Positions 52,685 to 64,000 of a DNA stretch of 64,000 nt are shown here, piece after piece. The notes under the pieces are model-generated. The model did no database searches and was not told the origin of the DNA. It was given only the letters and a program-made list of their open reading frames with translations. Made by a program: the position numbers and the translations under genes. This DNA comes from Octopus sinensis (lineage: Eukaryota). The DNA is taken from positions 79,484,001 through 79,548,000 of the forward strand of contig NC_043005.1 of the NCBI RefSeq assembly GCF_006345805.1, read 5' to 3'. The stretch's first letter is position 1, and every line of letters begins with the position of its first letter.

Positions 52685-54089
52685 AAATGTACATATATCT
52701 AAGAATTCTTTAGAGAAACTTATTTATTTTCAAACGTATATATTTACAAATAAATAGAAAACAAACAGTTTTTCTGAACACAAAATCAATATTGTTCGAA
52801 ATGGCTTTGTTGTTTGCTTGTATAAATGACCTTTAATGTAACAGTCGATGTAATAGAATATTAAGAAGATGACTAAGCACATTGCATAATACCAGCTAAC
52901 TGCTCCTGATTTTTTTTCTTTTATTCCTAAATGAAAATTTTCCGCCCTTCATTTTACAGCTAACTGACTAAGCAATCTGTACTAAATATAAGTCAACGTT
53001 CGTTAAAGCAAACACTGTCTTGAGAAGCCCACACAGCAGTACTATGTCTCTGTATTATTAAGAATAAAATATGAATAAATAATGAGGTGAGTATTTATTC
53101 TTAATCGGTTCCAGCAATCCGAACGTAAATTTGCTAATCGCTGCCTATGAACACTTTGTTTTGATTACAGCAGTGCGTTCATAAAGCACTCGGTTCATTT
53201 TGCGAAGGATTCTGGTGCATTGGTCTTTCGCCATGTTCTCTCTCGCCAGCCAGTACGGTCTGAGCTTTGAACGCAAGCAAAACGCCGGCTTTGTTTATAA
53301 TTTCAGCAAACAAACTGTTTGTTGATCAGTGCTGATCTCTGCAAACTGGTATGAAAAATCGTGGTTGCACAGTGTATAGCGAAATATGAAATGAGCATTT
53401 GCTTATATTCATTCTTCATACGCTTCAGCAGTCTCATACTAAAAAACGCTCGTTCCTGATGCGTACGTCACAGGGAAGCAACTCATCCTTTTCACAACGA
53501 CAATGTTTTCATAACAGGCTAGGTTCATAGAAGCAAGAGATTATGGGACACCAGTCTCTCGACATGCTGTGTCTCATCAAACAAAATTCCCTAAACATTT
53601 AAGCCTACACAAGGTGGTGTCCTAGTTTATAATTTCAGTGAACAGTTTCTGTGACGTACACAGCAAAACTTAGCTTGCTTGTGTTTGAATCTGCTGTAAT
53701 TTATTAAGATTAAATATACTGTACACGGGAAAAATAACGATATTTGATATATATAAATTAGCATTATACGTGCTGTGTTGAGTTTTTATCTACCCTTTCC
53801 TCTATAGCGGAGTTTTTCTCGCTAAGCCTTGAATTCATGTGTTAGGATTATTAAGTTGCCCTCAAGATTTGGCGCAGAATCTCAGGGCATTTTCATTCGT
53901 TTGTTGTCAATTTATATTTAGTGTCACAATATATTATGGCAAATAACTGCCATTTTCTGCGGTGTCAAAACATTAATTCTTTGCCGCATGCTTAGAAATG
54001 CCTCTCAAGTGTTCTTTCAGAGTAACAGCGAGAATATAAGTTGTTAATTTTCTATTTGATTTTGTGATAATCATGTTATTTGCATTTTT

Positions 54090-54150
<61 letters not shown>

Positions 54151-54372
54151 ATCTTTCTCTCTCTCAGTTACTTTCCGTATGTTTATTTCTGAATAATAAC
54201 TAACAGTGTTATTAAGTTAGACATGGCCTGGACCAATCTTTGGTCGAAACATATCTAAGTTTAACATCCGAAACAAGGTCAAGCCTCAGCACTCATTTGG
54301 ACTTCTGAATTTTAAAAATAATATTATGTTTATTACACGTTCTTTCTGTGCATACACACACGGTATGTGTAC

Positions 54373-54628
54373 AGGCGGCGAGCTGGCAGAATCGTTAGTA
54401 AGGTGGTGAGCTGGCAGAAACGTTAGAAAACCGGGCAAAATGCTTAGCAGTATTTCGTCTGCTGCTACGTTCGGAGTTCAAATTCCGCTGAGGTCGACTT
54501 TCTCTTTCATTCTTTCGGGGTCGATTAAATAAGTACCAGTTACGCACTGGGGTCGATGGAATCGACTTAATCCGTTTGTCTGTCCTTGTTTGTCCGTTCT
54601 GTGTGTAGCCCCTTGTGGGTAGTAAAGA
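54373..54628 (+). mobile_element. SINE family B (long tail) with duplicated head
   Basis: Two consecutive ggcggcgagctggcagaa/ggtggtgagctggcagaa heads. Confidence 0.9.
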
Positions 54629-55077
54629 TTTATATATACACACACACGCACATACACACAAGCACTCAGACACACACACACACACACATGCACATACATA
54701 TATCCTTAATATGAATCGAAAATGAGCGAAGAGAGAATTAATGCCAGTGTCGTCCATTTGATGAACGAAGACGAACAATGACATTTGAAATACGACATGC
54801 TCGCGCACGCATATTCGAGTTGGTTTGTGTGTAAGCATGTACGTGGCCGGTTTGGTTATTCGAACGTGAAACAGAAATAGAACTAAAAACAAAATCCAGA
54901 ATACCTACATACACATTGTTTATTTATGACCATTGAGCTCCATCAGTTACTCAGGAAAATCACTTATCAAATTAAATCGCCTGACAGATTTTGCAGTAAC
55001 GGCAAACATGTATATGCATACACACATGTGTACAACCGTCAAACACATGCACACATGCATATCTATTTGCGTGTGTT

Positions 55078-55459
55078 GGAGGCGCAATGGCCTAGTGGTT
55101 AGGGCAGCGGACTCGCGGTCGTAGGATCGTGGTTTCGATTCCCAGACCGGGCGTTGTGAGTGTTTATTGAGCGAAAACACCTAAAGCTCCACGAGGCTCC
55201 GGCAGGGATGGTGGTGATCCCTGATGTACTCTTTCACTACAACTTTCTCTCACTCTTACTTCCTGTTTCTGTTGTACCTGTATTTCAAAGGGCCGGCCTT
55301 GTCACTCTCTGTGTCACGCTGAATATCTCCGAGAACTACATTAAGGGTACACGTGTCTGTGGAGTGCTCAGCCACTTACACGTTAATTTCACGAGCAGGC
55401 TGTTCCGTTGATCGGATCAACCGGAACCCTCGTCGTCGTAACCGATGGAGTGCTTCCAC
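55078..55459 (+). mobile_element. SINE family C, tail type ii
   Basis: Near-identical to 40333-40713; TSD-like atttgcg(cg)tgtgtt flanks. Confidence 0.93.
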
Positions 55460-55497
55460 ATTTGCGCGTGTGTTTGTGTGTGTGTTTATGCATTTAT

Positions 55498-55690
55498 GTC
55501 TTTTTGTTTCAGTCATTAGGTCGTGGCCTTGAAGGGGCAAATCCATAGGCATTTTTATGCGTAAGGGTCACCACTAGTACATTTTGTGAGCTAGTACTTA
55601 TTCTATCGGCTCCTTTTGCCGAACTGCTAAATTACGGGGACGTAAACACACCAATACCGGTTGTCAAGTTGTGATGTGAGACAAACACAA
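55498..55690 (-). mobile_element. SINE family A, 3' half
   Basis: Homology to other A copies. Confidence 0.8.
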
Positions 55691-55728
55691 ACACATACAC
55701 ACACACATACTCACACACACAACCCATT

Positions 55729-55822
<94 letters not shown>

Positions 55823-56607
55823 GGTATCTCTCTCTCTCTCTCTCACATACACACACGCTCACGCATAAAAGTAGATGAAGGAATTCGAATAATCTACAGT
55901 TTCTGTCCCTGCGTCTCGTTTATTTTTCGAATGGCGATGCCGCGACATACAACGTTTTAACAAAAGTTTTTTTCCAGGTAAAGGGAAACGAAATACCAAT
56001 CGTAGATTGAAAGCGAACATTGCCTGCAACTAACTCTCTCCTTTGGCTTAACAATCCGTCTATATATCTCTCATAACATAAAGACTCTTATTATAAAAAG
56101 AATACACGAAATTTATAAGAAAAAATATGTCTGCCGTCAAATATTTATTCCATTTTTGCATTTTTTCCTTTTTATTTTTTTTATTTCGCTTGTTTTTTCC
56201 TTACTGTTTTTCTTAATTACGTTGTTTAACAAATCTGTCCAGACGATTAACTTTTCCAACTCACGAAATAGATGTGTATATTGGTTCGATTCGTGACTAC
56301 TGCTCATGCAATGCGACTTTAGGCAACGTAAGAAACAGGATATATATCACAGGCCTATGGGAAAATCGTGGCCAGGAATGACAGGAAACTAATAGTTAAA
56401 GAAAATCAATTCCATTCCTTGACTTAGAATTCGTAATATTTTTTCTTTATTTCTTACACAATTCTTTAAAACTATTTTTCTTTTCTTTTTTTCTTTTTTT
56501 TTTTTGCTTGGTTAGCGCGCCTATTATTTTTGCCGAATTGATAAAATCGTTTTCTGTGGTGAAGCTTATTTCACTCCGCTTTCTGTTCATAATATCTTTA
56601 ATCCTTA

Positions 56608-57570
56608 GAAGGCGGTGAGCTGGCAGAAACGTTAGCACGCCGGGCGATAACGCTTCACGGTATTCACTGTCTTTACTTTCTGAGTGTAAATTCCGCCGAG
56701 GCCGACTTTGCCTTTCGGGGTCGGTAAATTAAGTACCAGTTACGCACTGAGGTCGATGTAATCGATTTAATCCCTTTGTCTTTCCTTGTTAGTCCCCTCT
56801 ATGTTTTGCTCCTTCTGGGCAGAAAGAAATAAGAAACGTTAGCACGCCGGGCGAAATGCGTAGCCGTATTTCGTCTGCCGTTATGTTCTGAGTTCAAATT
56901 CTGCCGAGGTTGACTTTGCCTTTCATCCTTTCGAGGTCCATTAAATAAGTACCAGTTACGCACTGGAGACGATGTCATCGACTTAATCTTTTTGTCTGTC
57001 CTTGTTTGTCCTCTCTGTGTTTATCCCCTTGTGGGTAGTAAAGAAATAGGTATTTCATCTGCTGCTACGTTCTGAGTTCAAATTTCGCCGAGGTTGACTT
57101 TGCCTTTCATCCTTTCGGGGTCGATTAAATAAGTACCAGTTACGCACTGGGGTCGATGTAATGGACTTAATCTTTTCGTCTGTCCTTGTTTGTCCTCTAT
57201 GTTTAGCTCCTTGTGGGTAGTAAAGAAATAGGTATTTACTGATTTACGTTCTGAGTGCAAATTCCGCCGAGGCCGACTTTGCCTTTCGGGGTCGGTAAAT
57301 TAAGTACCAGTTACGGACTGAGGTCAATGTAATCGACTTAATCCGTTTGTCTGTCCTTGTTTTTCCCCTTTATGTTTAGCCCCTTGTGGGTATTAAAAAA
57401 TAGGTATTTCGTCTGCCGCTACGTTTTGTGTTTAAATTCTGCCGAGGTCGACTTTGCCTTTCATCCTTTGAGGGTCGATAAATAAAGCACCAGTTATGCA
57501 CTGGGGTCGATGTAATCAACTTAATCGTTTTGTCTGTCCTTGTTTGTCCCCTCTATGTTTTAGTCCCTAT
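56608..57570 (+). mobile_element. SINE family B pentamer (tandem array of ~172-220-bp units)
   Basis: Units start at 56608, ~56833, 57051, 57233, 57405. Confidence 0.93.
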
Positions 57571-57834
57571 GTTTAGCTTCTTACCGCATAGCAACTCCTG
57601 CGCATATATGCGCATTCCGAGTTCTGTCCATGGTCCAATGTTTTCAAATATATGAAAACCTCGAGTGTGGATATCGTACACGAAAATCGAAAGCCCGCCA
57701 CATATATAAATGCGTGAGAAGCGTTCGCGTGCGCGCCTTTGCCTATGTGTTTTCCCCAATATCACAAACACTTGACAACTGGTGTTGGTTTGTTTACGTC
57801 TCTGTAACTTAGTAGTTCGGCTAATAATGATAAA

Positions 57835-57887
<53 letters not shown>

Positions 57888-58468
57888 TAATAATGATGAT
57901 AATTATAATGGTAATGAAGAAGAATATGAAGAAAACGAAACAAATTGTACAATAAGGTTTGCTTCAATACAGTTATACAAAGGACATATAATATACAAAA
58001 GATGCTAAATGTAGACACAAATTCGTGATCATTGCTTTTTTATAGACGGAAAAAAAGAGAAGCAAAACCGAAACCAGAGAAGTTACTTAAGAAAAGAACA
58101 AAGCCGTGGTTGAAATAAGAAACAGATGAAAAAAAAAGAAAAGAAATTATAAAGAAATATATAATTTTAAAATATGAAGAAAGAACCTTCAAATAGCTGA
58201 AAGAAATTTCATAAAAATCTAGCCTGAATTCAATTAATGTAACAATGTATGGTGTTGTGCGATAAAAGATTTCGTGGTGATTGCGGGTAGCGATTTATAG
58301 CAATTATTTGGTTTCTATTCGCTTTATCTTATTTCGTTGCTACATTTTGTTCTTATTTCTGCCCCGCTTTTGTATTCCTAGCCAGCGTATCATGCTCTGT
58401 TGGTGTGTTTTTATTTCATACACACATACATACATACATTCAAACATATATATGTGTGTGTATGTATG

Positions 58469-58530
<62 letters not shown>

Positions 58531-58601
58531 AATACACACACATATGTATATATATATATATACCCATTATATGCATACACCCATTATATATATATATATA
58601 A

Positions 58602-58660
<59 letters not shown>

Positions 58661-59334
58661 GGTTTTCTTTGATTACTCACTATATTTTCGTTGGTGTAAA
58701 GAAATACATAGTTTTATAATGTTCATAGAGAAGTGACAGGTGTAAATGAAGGGGAAATAGCTTCAACTGCGAATCGAATTCAATGGACAAGCGCTTCTCG
58801 CCGGGAAGATGCGTCTTGCTCAACGGTATTCGTCACGTAAAATGAGATGTATGTATTACATTTTTTTTTATTAGTTCTATTCAGATTCACAAGGCATGAA
58901 ACCCACATATTTATGTAGGAGGAAATATGGAACGCTAAGTTATTCGTGAATCTCCCCAGGGTAGAATCAGCGGAAGTAGAATGAATTTGCTTAAAATGAG
59001 AACGAAAACCGCATAGAAACGAAACTGCTACGGAAAATCGAGAAAGATATATTGATGTTTCTAGAGTGTTAACAAATACTCTCCACGAGTAATAGAGAAG
59101 GGAAGGAAAATCTGGGAATGCATTTTCTTGCCCTTTTAAAGGCATCATCGGCGTCAAAATAAAGTGGACTTGTCTTAAATGGGAGCTGAAACTTGGTCAG
59201 TTGATTCTCTGACACATTGTCGTATTCTCAAATCATTTAAGACCAACAGAGTTAGTGTCTAACAGTCACAAGATGAATGTAGTTTTAGGATATACCTATT
59301 ATCAACTGAATTGACTACAATGTTGTAAGTCTTG

Positions 59335-59545
59335 AAGGTAGCGACTTGACAGAATCGTCAGCACGCCGGGGAAAATGTTTAACAGCATTTCGTCCGTATT
59401 TATGCTTAAAGTTCAAATTCCGCCGAGGTTGGCTTTGCCTTTCTTCCTTTCAGAGTCAATAACAAAATGGCACCAGTTGAGCACTGGCATCGATACCATT
59501 GACTTAACTTCTGACTCAAAATTGCTGATTTTTGCCAAAATTTGT
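59335..59545 (+). mobile_element. SINE family B monomer (short tail)
   Basis: Homology to other B copies. Confidence 0.8.
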
Positions 59546-60768
59546 GACTAATACTGTTACTCTTCCTTATTCAGTTGACATCGAAGCAAAATGAAATGTT
59601 TCAACGCTCCAAGTAACATTCGATATCAAAATTCAGAAAACTAAGCACTAAATGATATCAGAAATTTAGTCTGAGTTTCTAAAACTTCTGACGACTTATT
59701 GCCCTCCATCCCACTCCATTGTGAAGCCACTGACGACTCATCATCAAGTTGTAGGTTTTAATTTCAATAAAAGCTGTCCCAAAATATGCCATTGTCGAAT
59801 GTCTTTTAGATACGAACTAAAGATCACAATTCCTTTCTAATGATTATGTCTTTACAGTTGTTTATCTTGCATAAACAAATACATCAGCTAAAGATATTCA
59901 CTACACTTTAGTTAATAAAGGAGGTGCTTCAGCATGGCCACAGTCAAATGACTGAAACAAGTAAAAGAGTAAAAGAGTAATTAACCTTAAATATGTAGAT
60001 AATTAACGCCATATTGTGGAATAATGTATTGCTCAATTACTTTCAAGAAATTATTGTTAAGTTTAGGTAGACCCTAACTGAGCAGACATGTTGTCAGAAA
60101 TATTTCTGAAGAGGCTATATCATCTTTGTCGCAGACATTTTAAACCAAGCACTGTATTTTCCAGTGTCACCATTGTTACATTCTATCGTTCATAAAATGT
60201 AATTCGAAGAGTATTTCGGTACTAACTGTAACCGTTTTAATGGACATATAACTTAATGGTTTCAAGATTGTTAAAATACGTATTCCACAAAAGAGTGGCA
60301 ATGATTTTAGATATTAAAGCCGCCGCAGAGTACTAGAGTCGTCTTTAATTCTTCTACCTTGACATCTACATGGTCATGTTTCATAAGAAACAACAGAATT
60401 AGGGAAAGAATTATTGGAGGAATATTTCATTTCCGTGAAAAAGGATTAGAAGAATCTTTCAGCAGTAACACAGAATGAAGCTACAGCAGTATAGAAGATG
60501 GTGCTTTAGACGGAGGGAAAATTGTTGAGAAGATCAAAAACTTTGTATAACAGACTGTTTTCTTTTCTATCTTTGCATCACTTTGTGATGCACTGGTGAT
60601 CAGAATATAACTGGTATGAAACATTAAAATATGAAATATGAAACATTAAAACAAAATTCTTTATGTGATGGACATCAGGTTTAGAAATAAAGTTCTAATG
60701 TAGCTTGAACAGTAGAGATAGGTAAGGAAATGTGGAAAATTCACATCCGATAAAAACATAGTTGCGGT

Positions 60769-61184
60769 AGGCAGCGAGCTGGGAGAAACGGTAGCACGCC
60801 GGGCGAAATGCTTAGCAGTATTTCGTCTGCCGTTACGTTCTGAGTTCAAATTCCGTCGAGGTCGACTTTGCCTTTCATCCTTTCGGGGTCGATAAATTAA
60901 GTACCAGTTACGCACTGGGGTCGAAATAAGCGACTTAATCTGTTTGTCTGTCTTTGTTTGTCCTCTCTGTGTTTATCCCCTTATGGGTAGTAAAGAAATA
61001 GGTATTTCGTCTGCCGTTGTTCTGAGTTCAAATTCCGCCGAGGTCGACTTTGCCTTTCATCCTTTCGGGGTCGATTAGATAAGTACCAGTTACGCACTGG
61101 GGTCGATATAATGGACTTAGTCCGTTTGGCTGTCCTTGTTTGTCCCCTCTATGTTTAGCCCCTTGTGGGTAGTAAAGAAATAGG
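60769..61184 (+). mobile_element. SINE family B dimer
   Basis: Junction gaaatagg|tatttcgtctgcc at 61002/61003. Confidence 0.93.
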
Positions 61185-61462
61185 TTTGTGATATAATTGA
61201 AAGTAATAAGTATGCCTTAACTTGATGTGAATATAGAAACATTTGTTAATAGGGAATGTATTTAGAAGCTTTGTAGAATTGCTTGTTGTTTAATGATTTG
61301 CAAGAAAAGTTACGTGCAACAGTCTGTGGAAGATTAGATGAAGTTTTAACGGCCACCAATTTTATGAAAAGCATACTAGGGTTAACATTCGAACCACTTA
61401 TTTGCAGAAACGTATGAAACTACACTGCAGAATTTGTGGATGTGCTTAAAGTTGGACCGCAA

Positions 61463-62106
61463 CCGGCGAGCTGGCAGAATTATTAGAACGTCGGAAGAAA
61501 TGTGGAGCGGCACTCACTCTAGCTAGTTAGGTTCAATGTTCAAATTGCGCCGAAGACATCTATGCGTTTCATTCTTTCAGCATCAATAAAATAAAGTATT
61601 AGTCAAAAACTAGGGTCAATGTAATGGACTTGTCTCCACCCTACAAGTTTGCTACCCTTGTACGGAAATACGAAACCATAATTGAGGTTGAATCGAAGTC
61701 CACGAGTATTTGGGTATACCATTAAGAATTAGACGCACAAAAAATTCCCAGAAATACTTATTGGCCCAAAGAATTGTCACTCTTCACCAAAAAATTGATA
61801 TTATAATAAATCATTTTTTGCTTCAGCATTCTCTTGTGAGAAATAAGCTGCACGATCATTCGCTTCAAAATTGGTTTTATCCATAACATATTGGTTTCAA
61901 ATGTTGGCACAACACCGGCAATTTCAGGGGAGGGGATAAATCGATTACATCGAGCCCAGTGCTCAACTGGAACCTACTTTATCAATCTTGAAAAAATGAA
62001 AGGCAAAGCCAACCTCGGTGGAATTTGAACTCAGAACGTAAAGACAAACGACAGGCCGCTATGCATTTTGCCCGGCGTGCTAACATTTCTACCAGCTCAC
62101 TGTCTT
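61463..62106. mobile_element. SINE family B monomers (61463-61680 plus; 61885-62106 minus)
   Basis: Homology to other B copies. Confidence 0.8.
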
Positions 62107-62561
62107 AATTCTATTACTAGCTTATTAAAAATCCATGGTAATTCAAATGCTTCAACACAAACTATGCAAGTATTCTACATTTAAAGTTTGTTCTTCTATA
62201 GAAAGACTCAGCTGGAGATAATGAGTTGTTTTCAGCAAGTTAATTAATCAAATGATCATTTAACAAGATTTTAATTACAACCTTTAATAGATAATTGCCT
62301 GAATTTATCTTTCATTTCATATATTCAAATTTCAGATTTCATTATCATCCTTCTAAAGATGATAAATTATACCAGTTATATTCTGAGCCGGATTTCCTCA
62401 ATTGCAATCTCATCCACCACACGTCGTCTCATTTATATTTATATTTTTGTACCAATAAGAGAAATCTGGGCAGCATGAGTATTTGCTCACTAGGGTGATA
62501 CTTTGACCAAAACTGTAGAACGGTGTACGAAATGCCTTACTAGAATTCTATATCCAGTCTT

Positions 62562-62984
62562 AAGGCGACGAGCTGGTAGAAACGCTAGCACGCCGGTTGA
62601 AATGCTTAGCAATATTTCGTCTGCCGCTACGTTCTGAGTTCAAATTACGCCGAGGTCGACTTTGCTTATCATCCTTTCGGGGTCGATTAGATAACTACCA
62701 GTTACGCACTGGGGTCGATATAATCAACTCAATCTGTTTGTCTGTCCTTGTTTATCCTCTCTGTGTTTAGCCCCTTGTGTGTAGTAAAAAAATAGGTATT
62801 TCGTCTGCCGTTACGTTCTGAGTTCAAATTCCGCCGAGGTCTACTTTGCCTTTCATCCTTTCGGAGTCGATAAATCAAGTACCAGTTACGTACTGGGGTC
62901 GATGTAATCGACTCAATCCATTTCTCTCTCCTTGTTTGTCCCCTCTATATTTAGCCCCTTGTGGGCAATAAAGAAATAAGAAAT
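62562..62984 (+). mobile_element. SINE family B dimer
   Basis: Junction aaatagg|tatttcgtctgcc at 62796/62797. Confidence 0.93.
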
Positions 62985-63309
62985 ATATACACAGAGTATG
63001 GGTGAAGTAAAAGAGAGAAATTTCGCCTTAGATAATGGCAGTTTAATGATAGAGCATCACAAGCTGGCCCCAACGGAAACAGACGTTTCTTGTAGCAGGA
63101 TTTTGTGTGGAGGTTTCTATTCGATATCGTTCCTGATCTTTGTGCGGGTTAGGTTAGTACCAGAACAGGGGTGAGAACCTTATTCTGTTCTAGATTTCAT
63201 TTGAGATTCTTTGAGAGTGAACAATACCCGGGAAATGGAAATAAGGTTCAGGCGTGGATGTTTGGAATGTTCCTGGTTCCTCTATGATATTATGGGAAAT
63301 TGTCTTGCC

Positions 63310-63433
63310 CTATAACTTCGGGTCAGCCAAAGCTTTGTGAGTGAATTTGATACACGGAAACTCTCAGAAGCCCGTCATGTGTGTGTGTATATATATATAA
63401 ATAATACATAAAAAAATATATATATAATATATA

Positions 63434-63502
<69 letters not shown>

Positions 63503-63870
63503 ATATATAATATATATATGTATATATATATATAAGATATATATGTGTGTATATATATATATATAGACATATATTTATATATATATAAATATATATACGT
63601 GTGTGTGTGTGCGTGAGCGTGTGTGTGTGTATGTCTGTGTGTCTGTGTCTGTGTGTCTGTGTTTGCTCCCTACTCCACCGCTTGACAACTGGTGTTACTG
63701 CTTTTAAGTCTCTGTCACCTAGCGCTCGGCAAAAGAAACCGATAGAATAGGTATCTGACTTTAAAAAATAAACACCAGGGATGATTCATTCGGCATAAAA
63801 TTCTTGAAGGCGATGCTTTAGTATGGCCGCAATCTAATGAGTGGAACAAGTAACAGATGAAAGATGAAAT
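63310..63870 (+). mobile_element. SINE family A, head-less, with ~280-bp expanded internal microsatellite
   Basis: gaagcccgtc-(TA/TG)n-...cggcaaaagaaaccgatagaatagg...gtatggccgcaatc. Confidence 0.82.
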
Positions 63871-64000
63871 TATCTCACTCTGAAAATCAAGGTTAAGTTT
63901 TTGCATCTAAATCTTGGTATTTTACAAACTGTTGTATCACAAGAAGTGATCAGAAGTAATAGTTAGATTTAGAAATTGCCAGAGCTTTGAGGGTTAACTT

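Noticed and set aside
54222-54262. Hammerhead-like GACCAA-tct-TTGGTC-GAAAC
   Set aside because: CTGANGA is reduced to CTG and stem I does not pair; at best a dead relic.
56608-57570. CRISPR-like repeat-spacer pattern
   Set aside because: Whole units repeat with no unique spacers; they are SINE-derived, in a eukaryotic context with no cas genes.
58720-59160. 125-aa minus-strand ORF and splice-like signals
   Set aside because: No recognisable domain; the apparent intron would be only ~35 bp.

Overview
AT-rich, repeat-saturated eukaryotic DNA with no recognisable intact host gene. It is most likely intronic or intergenic sequence from an octopus or other cephalopod; this is inferred from the SINE families and microsatellite density and was not checked against a database. 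Nearly all ORF-track entries are translations of (TA)n/(TG)n/(TTA)n microsatellites. The real coding remnants are transposon-derived: a Helitron Rep/PIF1-helicase with an intact 3' terminus (167-2900), a CR1-type LINE RT (6975-8580), an Hsmar1-like mariner C-terminus (11419-11720), a Penelope-like RT/GIY-YIG element (24250-25690), an R4/Dong-like RLE LINE end (25922-26627) and probably a Tc1 N-terminus (44740-44960). Three tRNA-headed SINE families (called A, B, C here) are abundant. Best leads: (1) several minimal hammerhead-ribozyme motifs, one in the Penelope 3' repeat and others in short non-coding repeats embedded in (TA)n; (2) a ~555-bp non-tRNA element that sits in (TAA)n arrays, stacked with the Dong-like LINE; (3) SINE B head-less tandem multimers with the same junction at five loci; (4) SINE C with three interchangeable 3' tails; (5) a SINE A tail matching the local CR1 3' end; (6) a foldback element with 15-bp sub-repeats, a perfect 132-bp palindrome and a pre-miRNA-like hairpin. 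All alignments and folds were done by eye and boundaries are approximate unless TSDs are given.
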